Shown piece after piece: positions 25,922 through 39,231 of a stretch of DNA of 64,000 nt (position 1 is the stretch's first letter; the number at the start of each line of letters is the position of its first letter). The notes under the pieces were generated by a model, which was not told where the DNA came from, ran no database searches, and saw only the letters and a program-made list of their open reading frames with translations. The translations under genes were made by a program, and so were the position numbers. This stretch comes from Camelus dromedarius (taxonomy: Eukaryota), in the NCBI RefSeq assembly GCF_036321535.1, contig NC_087437.1, positions 30,630,001 to 30,694,000 on the forward strand, in the 5' to 3' direction.

Positions 25922-28137
25922 CTAAAACAAAACCAAACAATAGTAGAGTACTTTCAGTAAAATAAGATGTTTTCTGCTATGCTAAAAAGGCCTACTGATT
26001 TTTTTAAAGCATTCTTGACACAGTACAAAATGGTTTAAATGAGCAGTGTTTGAGGTTACTAGGGTCATAACCACTTAAGCTTTGCAAAAACACTTAAGCA
26101 ATCTCAATACTCCTATACACCTTTCAGATTTAATCAGTGAAACAGTCCTTCAACTACTAGACAAATGTTCTCCGTGAAGCAATAGAATTAATAAGCTCAA
26201 GTCAATAACCAGTGCAGATGCACTGCCAAAAACCCACTCACCAGAAGCTAGTAGCTATTTGCAAAAATAATGCTTTCTACACAAACAGTGAAGTTCGCTA
26301 ATCATAAATTATACGTAGAAAGAAAATGACTCCCTATCAAGACGGAATGTTCTAGGTAAATCCACTTGTGTGTGTGTATCTACAGATCCTTCCACCAAAT
26401 CATGAAAGCAGCCTGCCATGTTCATTCAAGAATACAAAGGTTAGCAAAAGAAAATTTAAAAAAAAAAAAAAAAAGGGGTGAGGCAGCTAGCTTAACAGAG
26501 AACAGAGAACTCTGGAGCGAGAGTGCTTATGTTCAGATCAGCTGGCTCATGTAATTAACAATGTGATCTTAAATAGGTCACTTACCGCCTCTGTGGCTAC
26601 CTTATAAAGTAGTTATGAGGATTAAATGAATTAGTATTTGTAAGAACAATATATGGCACCAAAAAAGCAGTATATGCCGATATTACTGAGTTAGTCTCAA
26701 GGTGCTGCATGTACATTACTTAGTGCCACTGGGAAAAGCAAACTCTTTGGGAATAATTTCTTTAAATACTAACAGAAAATGTGATATTTTGATCGAAAAT
26801 CCTTTCAGCTCCACAATCTGTGATACTTAGCTATACTAACAAATAATAATAGAGGAAACTAACTTATGAGCCAGTACTTTTTATTTCAATGATATTTCTC
26901 CAGAAAGTCCATTATCTCTTAGGTGCAATACTTACGTTTTAGTGAAATCTAATTCAAACAGTCTATTTAATAGCATTTAACGTTTTGCAGGGGGGAAAAA
27001 AGCTGTGTTATGCAGCTTTTTTGTGCATGTTTGAAAGAGCACAGAATGCCTTTTCCCCAAAACCAGCTGCATAATGGCTAATGCATCCTTTGAGTAAATT
27101 TTATCATCTATACTCCATTCAGAGGCCTATGTTACTAGACACCACCCAAAAATGCCATAAATAAATAAAACCACGCTACCTGCAAGGAACTCTCCTGACC
27201 CCGTCTGGCTTTGAGCAGTTCATTCACCTGTCTGCTATAAGCCAGAGAGACTTACCACATGCAGTCTAAAAGATAAGTGATTTCTCACAAAATAAAAAGA
27301 AGCAAGTTGATAAAAACTATATGTGCTGTTGAAAGACTGAGTTTACATTGCAATTATTTGGTTTACAAAGCCATTTGTCCAGAGAGGGAGGAGCCCTGAA
27401 CTAGACTCAGGCAGTCTACCAGAGCCCATGAGAGCCAAGTAATGAAAACAAACAAACAACACCCATCACCCTGGGCTGGAGCTTGCTGCTGCTGAGAACA
27501 CGTTAACTACCTTCAGATACAAAGCCAAAGGTACTAGCAAAACCCACCACATTTGAAAAGTATTCATTCAGTTGGTGAAAATACCAGCAGGCATTCCAGG
27601 AAACCCACAATTTTCTAGGCACCATAAAGGAGCTACTGGGAACCACTCCAAAATTCAAGTAGTAAGGACTTACTCAGTGAAAGCGTAAAACCTCATAATA
27701 ATGAGAACTGAAATGTAAGTCCATCAGCTCCTATCCTACTACCTCCATCCCTGCTCTCGTTTAATTCACTTCCCAAGAGCAAAAGCTACATTTTACACAA
27801 CAGCATTTTTCAGACCTCACTTTGAAAGCTATATGGGGGTTTTACTGTATGAATGAAGGTTCAGCATAGGTTTATGCTCTCTACTGTCCTTTCTGTCCCC
27901 GTGTTGTGCTTTCTATATGACACAGCTGTTCAGGTGACACAGAAACACTGTCTCCCTGTTTTCCATGGAACTCATCTGAAAGTCTTGTTTGCTGTCAGTG
28001 TCCAAGCCACTCACTGTCTCAACACTGATGATTGACATTTCTACACTAGGCAATTGGCGCTAAAATAACTTCAGGAAAATTAGATTTATTTTAATAATGA
28101 TTCCTTACATTTATATAATGCAGTCAATGCTGTACAG

Positions 28138-28867
28138 TTTTTTTTTAATTGAAGCACGGTTACAATGTGTCATTTCTGATGTACAGCACAACGTCCCAGT
28201 CATGCATATACATACATATATTAGTTTTCATATTCTTTTTCATTAAAGGTTATTACAAGATATTGAATATAGTTCCCTGTGCTGTACAGAAGAAATCTTT
28301 TTTTAAATCTATGTTTATATAGTGGCTAGTATTTGAAAATCTCAAACTCCCAAATTTATCCCTTTCCACTCCCTTTCCCCAGTAACCATAAGATTGTTTA
28401 CTCTGTCTGCGAGTCTCTTTCTGTTTTGTAGATGAGTTCATAGTCTTTTTCTTTTTTTTTGTTTTAGATTCTGTATATTAGTGATATAATATGGTACTTT
28501 TCTTTCTCTTTCTGGCTTACTTCACTTAGAATGACGATCTCTTAGGTCCATCCATGTTGCTGCAAATGGCATTATTTCATTGTTTTTATGCCTGAGTAGT
28601 ATTCCATTGTATATACATGTTATATCTTCTTTATCCAGTCATAAATCGATGGACATTTAGGTTGCTTCTATGTCTTGGCTATTGTAAATAATGCCGCTAT
28701 GAACACTGGGGTGCATGTATCTTTTTGAATTAGAGTTTCCTCTGGATACATACCCAGGAGTGGGATTGCTGGATCATATGGTAAGAGTATTTTTAGTTCT
28801 TTAAGGAGCCTCCACACTGTTCTCCACAGTGGCTGCACCAATTTACATTCCCACCAACAGTGCAGGA
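28138..28867 (-). mobile_element. Young 5'-truncated L1, sense to PLCH1
   Basis: Reverse complement of the same family as 5890-6530; T-run at 28138. Confidence 0.9.
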
Positions 28868-29054
28868 ATAAAATCCATCTTTAAAATTGACTATTTAAAA
28901 ACATATTTAAAACCAAGGCAATGAAAAGTTGGTTGGAAGCTCTCTGTTCACAAGTGGAGCTTACTGACTAGTGGACTTCACTGTAGAATTCTCTGGACTA
29001 TTTGATTGGGCGATTTCTGACGTAAACATCTTTAGGATTTTTTCCTTGGGTTGG

Positions 29055-29510
29055 TGTGTTAGTTTCCTAGAACTGCTATAACAAAGTATCACAAATTCAG
29101 GGCTTAAAACAACAGAAACTTACTCCCTCTCAGTCCTGAAGGCTCCAAGTCCAACATCAAGGGATGATTCCCTCCGGAGACCCTGAGGGACAAGCTGTTC
29201 CAGCCCTGCCCCCTGCTTCTCGCGGCTGCTGGCACCCTGGGCATCCCTCAACGTGGAGCTTCACCACTACAGTCTCTGCTCCCCTCTTCACACAGCCACC
29301 TTCTCTCTGTGCCCACATCCCCTTTCCTGTTGTTTATAAGAACAGTCCTCACTGGACTTAGGGTCCACATGAAATATAGGATTATTTCATCCCAACATCC
29401 TTAAATTACATCTGCAAAGACCCTATTTTCAAGTAAGGTCACATTTACAGATCCTGGGAGTTAGGACTTGGGCGTATCTTTCCAAGCTCCTAGTCAATCC
29501 ACTCTACTTT
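29055..29510. mobile_element. MLT1A/B-like MaLR LTR
   Basis: TTAGTTTCCTAGAACTGCTATAACAAAGTATCACAAA...GCTTAAAACAACAGAAA and TTACATCTGCAAAGACCCTATTTTC motifs. Confidence 0.8.
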
Positions 29511-29634
29511 GTGATACTCCTCTAAGGAAACTCTTCCGATGTCCTACCTGGAAGGGATAAACCCAGGATTTGAACACTGGAAGAGGACTATGGTTCCCAC
29601 ACTTCAATACACAGATATTCACTTAATCTTTGTA

Positions 29635-30152
29635 TTCATTATCTATTTCTGTGAGAACAGGGACTTAAAACAATCACTTACTTGATCACAACTGCTTGGG
29701 ATGCAAAGTGGGACTGAGTCCCGCTGCACGGGCATTCTGCTGTTCTCGCCCAGGGGTTACTGAAGTGACTGCAGGCAGCTGGCCACATGACTACAGCCAG
29801 CCAGTCCAAAGCAGCCTCACCCACATGGCTGTGGTTGGTGCTGGCTGGTGGCTGGGCCTCTTTATGTGGTCTCTCCTCCTCAGAGAAGCTACCCAGTTTC
29901 CTCACATGATAGTCTCACAGTCCCAACAGGACAAGAGTGGAAGTCCAAGGCTCCCTGAAGCCTGCATTCCTTGTCCGTCAATTCTGCCACAATCTATTAG
30001 TCAAACCTAGTCACAAAGCCAGACCAGATTCAAGGGGCCGAAAAACAGACCCCACTTCTCAACGGGAAGAGAGGCACAAATCACATTGCAAAGAGACATA
30101 CATGCGGGGACATGGGAGTTACTGCAGCCGTCTTTATAAACCATCTGCCACA
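29635..30152. mobile_element. Older MLT1-type LTR
   Basis: ACTTAAAACAATCACTTA...; AGTCACAAAGCCAGACCAGATTCAAGGGG; ends TCTGCCACA. Confidence 0.65.
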
Positions 30153-31240
30153 ATCCCCCGATTTTCAGTGCCCACGCTCAGTTGTGCCTGGCATGACTTA
30201 GCACAGATTCTTCTGCCCCGGCCTCCTCCAACACTTACTTTCATGCCAGGGTGGAGAAGGGACAGCTGCCCTGCTAGAAGAGGTAGGGAGAGGATCTGAA
30301 GCCCTAACTGTATCTTGGTCAGACTTCCAACCAGTGCGTGTGTTTTCAACCCCTGCTCCTTTCCTATTTTTCAGGAGTATCAGTGAATTTCATCCTTGAG
30401 CCTTCTTGGGTTCTTCTGAGCAAATAAGCGTGCTTAGCAGTTTCCCGCTCTGTGAGCTTGAGTTTCAGTGCGCTCGGGTCACCTTTAGATCAGACAAATT
30501 TCAAGGTTTTGCTGTTTCTGTTTCCTCTCCTGTTCTCTTTGTCCTTGTGGTTTTATGGGGGTGAGGGGATCTTCTTACTATATTTTTGGATAATTTTAGG
30601 AGGGAGTAGAGAAGCATCTAAATGAACAGTCATTCAGTTTTCAACTGAATAAGACAACCACAAAAACTCTCTCTCCCAAATGGCTACTCTGACTCACCCT
30701 AAAATTAAACCACAAATTTCAAAGCATTTAAATACAAGACTATTTCACAGAAAGTGTCATTTGGGGATCATATTCAAGGGAGAAAAATTATTACAAGACA
30801 TAATTACTCTCAACAGTCTCCCAACTGCTTTAATTGTGAATAATTAAGAAAAATAAAACAAATTCAGGAAAGGCTCTTAAAGGAATGTTTTTACAATGAG
30901 GAGAATGCTTGAGAGAGGGAGAGAAAGAGAGATAAAGGTACACTAGCACCAGAATGAAGTAGTAACAGCAAAGAAGAATTTATAATTATTTCTCAAGAGA
31001 GAGAGATCAGAATGACCATGACTCACCAAATCAGTCTGGATTCAGTAAAAAGTAATGACAGGAGGGAGCACAAGTGACACCTGTAATTGGGTTAGAGGAA
31101 TCAAGGGAATATTTTTGCAGAAAGAAAAAAGCAAAATAAGCAACTGTTAGAACGACCACCAAGGGATAATGTATAGGTCTATGTCACAGAAAGTTCAGTA
31201 AGAAGAGGGCCCTCTAACAGGGGATCAGAAAAGTTCTGAA

Positions 31241-31594
31241 GAAAAAAGAGGAAACTAATGAACTCCTCTACAAGACAGAAACAGACTCACAGACATAGTA
31301 AACAATCTTATGGCTACTGGGGAAAAGGGGGTAGGAAGGGATAAATTTGGGAGTTTGAGATCTGCAAAAGTTAACCGCTATATATAAAAAATAGATACAA
31401 AAGAAATTTCTTCTGTATAGCACAGGGATCTATATTCGACATCTTGTAATAACCTTTATGAAAAAGAATATGAAAATATATATATATACATATACATATA
31501 TATATACACACCTAACTGGAACATTATACTGTACACCAGAAATTGACACATTGTAACTGACTATACTTCAACTAAAAAAAAAAGAAAAGAAAAA
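31241..31594 (+). mobile_element. Young L1 3'UTR with a perfect TSD
   Basis: TSD AGAAAAGTTCTGAA at 31227-31240 and 31595-31608; A-rich tail. Confidence 0.92.
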
Positions 31595-33959
31595 AGAAAA
31601 GTTCTGAAAATTCCCTTGGAATAAACCATCCACATGCATATGTCAGATGAAAGCACTGCATAAATAGAAATCTGCTTTTGACTTATCCATGGAGGGAGGC
31701 CTTGCTCTTGGTTAACAGCTAGAAGGATTTTCAAACAATGAGGGTGCTTCAATATTCCTGCCTTCTCTTCCTCCCTCCTCAATCCACAAGAAACAAAAGG
31801 ATAAAAACAGGGGAGAGTCTTGCTAAGAAAGGTTGTCAAGGAGGATGGGGGAATGAAATCAAATTCTCACTCCTGAACCAAAACTCTGAAAAGAATCAAA
31901 TACAAAACACATTTAGCCCCAGTGCCAAGAAACAGATCAGAATTCTGCAGGAGATGGAGGTTGCCTTTTGGCAAACACAGGGGACAAAAAAATGAAACAA
32001 AGAAACTCCACCAACCCTAGTACTTTGGAGCCACAGACTAGTTTTGGTGGATGTCTGTACTCTTGATCTGCAGATGCAAAGAAGTGATGGAAGAGAAACC
32101 TCAGCCAGCTGGCTTTATGCTTAACTGGCACTTCTTCATGGATATAAAAAGGCAGTGAGAATTTCCCTTAGCACATCACATTTAAGGATGAAAGTCCTAA
32201 TCAAGCAGTAGTTGGACCTGTCAAAGGCATAAATTCAATTTTCCAAGAGCTTCAATGAAATAAAAATCTGACCCACAGGCCAATATTTGATTCCAATAAT
32301 CCTGGACAGCATATGTGGCCAGCAGTGATACTTCATTTCACAACTGAGTAAATCTGCAGAATTTGAATACTCTGGTGTCTATACCAATCTTATGCCATCA
32401 GAAATCAATGAATTACTGCCATATGGATTGTCAAGTTGCCTCAGATTCATTCCACTGTGAAAATCCTATTTTGAAACTCAAAACCCCACAAAACTTGATT
32501 AATGACCCTCCTGCTGCACATTTAGATCATGTCCAATTTTTCTCTATTTTAAAGAATGCTTGAAATGTACAGCTTTATAACTTTTTTCTATACACATTTC
32601 CTTAGGATGAATTATTAGAAGTAAAATGGATTGGTCAAAGTCTTATAAATTATATAAAATTTGATGAGTACTAAAACTGTCCTACAGAAGACTGTACCAT
32701 TCCACAACTTCACCAGAGGTATAAAAAGTTGACACCATGTTTGACAGTATATCTCTTTAACCTTCACTAATTTCATGGGTGACAAATGGTCTCTTGGTTT
32801 TATGTCACATTTTTAAATTACCAATGAAGGATCAATATTTTTAATAGGTTACTGACTTATTGTGAAATGTTTTATATATTTCAAATGTTTTGCACATTTT
32901 CCTATTGGTTTTTTTTTTCTCAACAGCCTATGAGAATGCTTTCCTCAAGGAAATCCACTATTTCTTTCTTCTGCATATTTTCCTGGTTTGTATGTGATGT
33001 TAATTTTATGGTGTTTGATACACTGGACCACAAAGAAACTTAAAGTCTCAGGATTAGTATTTTCCTTTATGGCTTATGCCTCTTGATATGATACTTTTTA
33101 AAAAATTTCTTTCATGTTATATCCATACTTAGTTTCTAGCTAACTTAGAAAATTAAACTAGAAACAGGTAATCATCTGCCAGGGGTAGATGTCACAGAAC
33201 ACTGGCTTTTGTTTTCCTCAATTAAAATTTACTGGTTAAATGTCAATATAACCAAAAGGAGGAAGAAACATATGTGCCTTAGCAAGTGACATCCACTACT
33301 GCTATTCAAATGGACTGGGTTAACTCCACCAGCCCAAATAACATTTGGAGTCAGTACCTTTAAACATTTTAATTTTAAATTCTCACATTGCTGTGCTTTT
33401 GAATCTCTCTGTCAAAGGGTTTCCACATTCATGATCCCCATCAGTCTTCAATTTGACATTATGAGATAAGAAAGGGAGATGTCGGCTTCCTTTAGTACAG
33501 ATCAGGAGACCAAAGTTCAGAAGCAATGCTGACTGGCCTGCCCAAGACTCTCCAACCACTGAGGCTTGCAGGGTGTGAAATGCAGGTCTTGTGGATGCCT
33601 GGTCTAGTATTCTTCCCACTATACCCTGAAGAGATCTTCTGATGAGAACAAAGTAGTTATAACTGCAGGAGCTGGGAATAGAGATTTAGAAGGGGCATAT
33701 CCTCTGGGCAAAAGAAAAAACAAAGAATTTTTTTCTTTCTATTACCTCATTCCCATTTTCTACCTCTTATAGCTAACTTTGTTAATGGAGAATCTCAGCA
33801 CTTGCCAAATTGTCAAACTAATTAAAAATAATTGATTTGGATAAAACATTTTGCTAACGCTAGTTGGTTTAATCCTTAAGAAAGTAACAATGAACTTTAT
33901 AAAATCTGAATCTGTTATTCCTAAAATGTATGTGATTTGGTAACGGGGTAAAGTATTAC

Positions 33960-34800
33960 CAGGTCTAGTGTCTTTTTTGTGACACCACCAAATCTCTGAT
34001 TCTCCAACACTAACTGGGTACCCAACAATGTCATTCAGTTTGGACACTAAGCATGTGGAGTTAGCATTAGACCCTACTGCTTAAGAGCTCAGCCCCACAG
34101 AATGCCCCCACTTCATACGCCAGCCACAAATGAGTGCTCAGGCTACCCACATTTCTGCCTGGCCCCTACAAATTTGGAGATTCTATCAAGGAAAAACCAG
34201 AAATGGACAGTAGTTAGAGCAGCAAAAACAGATTTTAATCAGTAACTATTGCAAAAGACGAAAGAGATCTCAGTATAGTGGAGATTTCTAGTCAAGAAGC
34301 AAAGTAGGGGTCAGTGGAGGAAGCATCAGGCGTAAAACGGGGTTCTGGCCAACCCACCCTAATGGGATTCTTCCTGAATGCAGGCCAGGGAGATCAAATA
34401 TGCCCTGGGGAATAGTGGTAGATGAGGAATCTTATCAGATATCGAGGGTGATCAGATATGGAGGAGAGGGGTTCTGGCTAAACTGACTTAGGGTTCGTGC
34501 TACAACTGGGCTCTTGAGGACAAGGCCCAAGAATGGAACCTCATAGAAAAAATGGCTCAAAAGAGCCTGCCTCGAGTTCACCTAGTCAAGGAGAAAGTCT
34601 TTTGTCAATTTCCATGAGTCAGTTTCCAAGATCCACTAGAATGACTCACAGAACTCAGGAAAGCGCTTTACTTACTGTTACTGGTTTATTATCAAGTATA
34701 CAGCTCAGGAACAGCCAAATGGAAGAGCTGCACAGGGCAAGGTGTGGGGGAAGGGACGTAGCCATGAGTTACTATATTGATGGTTAAGAACTATGTCACA
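33960..34800. mobile_element. MER21-like LTR interrupted by a second LTR (~34184-34607)
   Basis: The outer element (AACTGGGTACCCAACAAT...; GAATGACTCACAGAACTCAGGAAAGCGCTTTACTTAC) is split by a ~424-bp block T(A)TCAAGG...TTTGTCA flanked by ATTC/ATTT. Confidence 0.6.
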
Positions 34801-35136
34801 GGTAATTAATACCTAGCTATGTTAGTTGTATGAAAAAAAACTACCACTCTATCAGAAAGGAAACACTGGAGTTAATATTCATTACTTTGTGGAAAAATAT
34901 GCAAATGCATCTGCATATTTAAGGGAAAAAATTGTATTAAGTGTTTGATTTGTCACTCCCTCTTAAAAGCTACCAGAAACACATTTTAAATAACTCTTGG
35001 GTAAGGTTTTTGTGGACTTGTGACACTTACCCCCTATCCTAAATTTAAAGTAGACGTACACCCAACCCTGAGAGAAACCCATGAGTCTTTCACAAGTTGT
35101 TTTCGGCAAACATTCAGTTTAAGAATCTAATGATAC

Positions 35137-35307
35137 CTTTTGCTCCACCTTCAAAAACTGAGCCAGTTCCTCCACAGTTAGGTGGTCTTTCTTGTCACTG
35201 TAGCTCAAGAGCAACAAATACAGGTCCCGCCGCAAGGACATCATTTTGTAAAAAACGCAGAACTCTTCAAATGTCAAAGTCCCCTGATTCTCATCTGTAT
35301 CTGCTTC
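35137..35307 (-). CDS. PLCH1: PLCH1 exon D: EF-hands, EADTDENQGTLTFEEF...EELAQFLKVEQK
   Basis: Acceptor TTTCAG|GAA, donor AAG|GTATCA. 171 nt, phase 0 to 0. Confidence 0.96.
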
Positions 35308-35849
35308 CTGAAAGAGGCACAGGAAGAACAAGGCGGTGTGAGAGTTTGAAATAGGAAATTCAGTGCTGTGTGGGAGACAGTATTTACTATAAAAAAGGTA
35401 ATACACCTTTCACAAATGGTAAGCACATTCATTTCAAGCACACATGGATCAACTTAATGACTACAGATGAGGCCACAGAAAAGTTTCACATTAGAAAGAA
35501 TCAACCAGACAAAAAGGAATTTCTCCGATCACAGTAAATGAAACAATAATGAAAGCTTTAAAAAACTGTCTCTGGAAACATATGACACATTTCTAAATAG
35601 GAAATGAAACATATGGAAGTAAACACATGCACCAGTTATTAAAACTTGTGTGATGAAGTTAAAGCAGTTAGGGAGAAAACTGACGTTTTCAATTTATTAA
35701 AAAGCAAGGTAGATTAAAATCAGATAAGCTAATACTTCAACTCAAAAAGCTAGAAAAAAAACAAGTTAAGCTATAGAAAACAGAGGGAAATAAACAAACA
35801 GATATAACCTCAAAGGTGAGCGATTAAACCAAAAGCTGGTCGAGGTGAG

Positions 35850-35891
35850 GGCTCCATAGCTCAGGGGTTAGATCACTGGCCTTGTAAACCA
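35850..35891 (+). pseudogene. Tailless 5'-half tRNA-Thr(TGT) retropseudogene
   Basis: GGCTCCATAGCTCAGGGGTTAGATCACTGGCCTTGTAAACCA matches the recalled tRNA-Thr(TGT) 5' half through the anticodon arm. Flanking direct repeat TAAACCAAAAGCTGG at 35825-35839 and 35885-35899. No poly(A). Confidence 0.85.
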
Positions 35892-37831
35892 AAAGCTGGG
35901 CTTTTGAAGTAGCATTAAAAAAAAAGAGAAATCTTGGACAAGACTAACCATGAACAAAAGAGAGAAAACACATTTAACACATGATGAAAATAGCAGTCTC
36001 TCATCAGCTTCTGAATTGCAATTCAATGAAATGTTATTTTCATCTACTCCAGTGTCTCTCTTAATTCGGCACAGGTAGCTCATTGCTCTGATAGCCGTCA
36101 GCAGCGTGGGCACCTCTCTGCTTTTCCTCCATGGAAACCGGAAAAATTCATCTGGACTGATTTCTAATTGGAATTATTTGTTCCTAGTAATTATTGAGCA
36201 AGAATCTTTCACCACGTACCTTCCTTCAGATTGGCTGAATTTGTCATAAAGCCATTGGGGATAAACTATGAGCAACCAACCCAGTTACATGATCTTCTTT
36301 ATTTTAAATGAACACAGTTGTAACAAAAACTGACCAGTAATGAATGGCTTTTTGAAATGCATAGATTTTGTGACGTGTGGTCACACGGTATGTGGTTTTA
36401 AACAAAGTTTTGAAAGTCAAAGAGCATATAAAACATTTTTTTTAAGCTTTGCTAACTTTGGGTAAGTTATGAGCCAACACTTTGACCAACGTTTAAATCA
36501 TACAGTTTCTTTGTGAGGCTGACTGCTTTGCCTCCCATCACTTTAAAGGTAGAGATAGACTGATCTACAGAATGCCAACATTTTTGGTGTTTGAGGCTCT
36601 TGGTTGTAGAATCCTCACACCCTAAGAACTAGGTCAAAGGTTCATATTTCTGCCATAACTTTGTTTCAAAATATCTAACCCTGGATAGAGAGCTGATACA
36701 TTTTTTAAGACTTCCTTGGAAATGCCTCAACAATTAAGAACAGTTAAGCTCTGAGGTTTAAACAACAGCATCAAAGACTTCAAAAGAAGCTACCCATACC
36801 TTAAAGGATTGTTTTTCTAAAAAATCGGTTGAATCTTGCACTGCAACAAAAAAGCAAAGAAAATTCTAGGAAGGCTTTAATGTCTTCACCAGCAATTCAG
36901 TCCAAAAAAAATTTTTTTTAAAAAGGAGGAAAGAAAATGTTCCTTAAAATACTACCAAGATCCTTGTTCCCATCCGAGCACTTACAGAACCCTGCCACAT
37001 GCAAGACCTATGATAGAAATATCCCACATACAGAAGGCCCAGCTGCTTCTTCAGTCACGCCCGGCTTGAGACATCTTTAAAGCTTTAAATCTAAAGTCAT
37101 AAAAAGAGATCTTAATGTTTTCTTAAAACTTCTCTAAAGCATTTACTTAAGACTTGCAAAGACATTTGACATAAACATTTCCTGGTTTGCCCTCTAAAAT
37201 ACTTGATACTTTAGAGATAAAAGGTATCTGAAGAGGGAAAAAATACAGAAGTAAAACCAGTTCAATATCTTATTTTATTTCTTTCTTACTTCCAAAAAGG
37301 ACTGCCCAAATCATCATTTCTGTAGGTATAGACCTTGCCCTCCTCTTTAAGCTTGGCCTCTCTGGCTTCAGAAGCAGCTATCTCCCCCATACCATGAACA
37401 TCTCCTATGGGAAGGAACAGATGGGGAGGCAGGGCTCCCCACAACAGGACAAAAGTGAGATGTCACCAGGAAGGCCGGGAACATGGCCAACCTCTCCATA
37501 CAGTTTAAGGACAGTTCGCTCCTTGTATGACAACTAATTTCCCCTCCAGAGTCCCTCACTCCATCTCTGGTTCCTTCCACAGCCTATCTCATTCCTTCCT
37601 CTTCTTTCCTTTCCCTCATGTTGTTCCTCAGTGCAATGGGACTTTGCACTGATGTTTCCCCCAGTACAACCATCTCCAGCTTCCAAGGACAGGACCACAG
37701 GATCCGTGACTGTAAGAGGTCACAGATCCACGCCAGCCTCCATCTTCCATTCATTGCTGCCACTCACACCTCATGTTGTCTCTGCCCTTACCACCTCTGA
37801 GAGCATGTAGCTAGGAAACAAAATCTCTTTT

Positions 37832-38076
37832 GGGGAGGGTATAAACTCAGTGGCAGAGCACAGGCATAGCATGTGTGGGGTCCTGGGTTCAATCACCAGT
37901 ATCTCCATTAAGATACATACATACATACATACATACACACACCTAATTACCTCCCCCTCCAAAAATAAAATAAATAAAATGTATATGGAAATTCAAATGA
38001 CCTAAAACGGCCAAAACAATTTAAAAAATAAAAATAAATAAACCTAATTACCAATTACCTACCCCCCTAAAAAAAG
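37832..38076 (+). mobile_element. tRNA-derived SINE with (TACA)n linker and a duplicated 3' tail
   Basis: Same head and B-box. The ACCTAATTACC...CCCCC tail occurs twice. Confidence 0.8.
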
Positions 38077-38947
38077 ATGAACATTTTTAAAAAAGGAAAG
38101 AAAGGGAGCACAAAACATTAATCATAAAATACCACCCCTATACTTATTTTTACACATAAACAAATATCACCTACCTAGTCACTTAGAAAATCATTGCAAA
38201 ACATAGATTATGCATATGACTTCTCTCCAAATAAGAGCCTTTCCTAAATTAATATTCCAGTTAATTACTAGCAATGACATTATTTTTGCACCAAATTCAA
38301 CTTAACAGAAATCGCTTCTGCTCCTTGGACGGAAGAGTAAATACAGCCTCAACTGGGCACCGCAGGTGAGTTCGGGCCCAAGGACTTTCCTCAAGGACCT
38401 ACCCACAGGGAAAGGGCGTCTCAACTAACACCAACAAGCAGTGGAGTGAATTTCTGGACAGCTTCCTAAATGGTAGGAGTGATACAGCACTTCTAAGCCT
38501 TATGGATTCTAAATCTTAAACTCCTCTGAAACAAAAGAGAGGGCTCTTGAGGATTTTGCCAAGGGCTATTTTTTCATGTTACTTCGTCTTTATTCTGATC
38601 CTCACAGCAGCCTGTGACATCAGCAGATGAAATATTATCACCCTCTATAGGGGAACTGATCAAGTTACCCCATTATTTAAGTGTCAGGTGCCTATAATTA
38701 CTCTCTGAAAACAGCAGCGATAATATCAAAGCATTTTAGTAAGTGAAATTGTGGATGCAGGTTAAGTTTAGGAAGCATTTCTTTTCCTTGAGGGAATACA
38801 ATTTCTCTCTCTTCAAAGAAAAAGAGAACAACATAGAGCAGGTAATATCAACTTCCAACAAGACAAAATAGCCTTTTGAAATATCTCAGCACATCAGTCA
38901 CCTCCCATGTGTATATTATGTAAAGACAACCCCATGGGAAAACATAC

Positions 38948-39077
38948 CTGAAACATTTGTCTGACTTTTCTCCGCGGCAGATTGACATTTAGTTTATGCA
39001 TCAGTTGGTGTATCTCTTCAATGTTCAATAAGCCATCACCATTCTTATCAGCTTCCTCAAAGGTCTGCTTCACCCAC
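38948..39077 (-). CDS. PLCH1: PLCH1 exon C: EF-hand, (Q)WVKQTFEEADKNGDGLLNIEEIHQLMHKLNVNLPRRKVRQMFQ
   Basis: Not in the ORF track; read manually. Contains the canonical EF loop DKNGDGLLNIEE. The frame requires acceptor ...CTGCAA|GTGG; donor CAG|GTATGT. 130 nt, phase 2 to 0. Confidence 0.94.
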
Positions 39078-39231
39078 TTGCAGAAAAGTCAAGAAAAACT
39101 CTTGTGTTTTTGTCAAAAGAAAAACTGCTTTCCCGGAATATTCACAGGACATTCATCATTAACACCAAACTTGAGAAGAAAGTCCTTTAAGGAGGCCCTG
39201 CAATCACAGGCTTTCAGTTTCATGAGGTACT

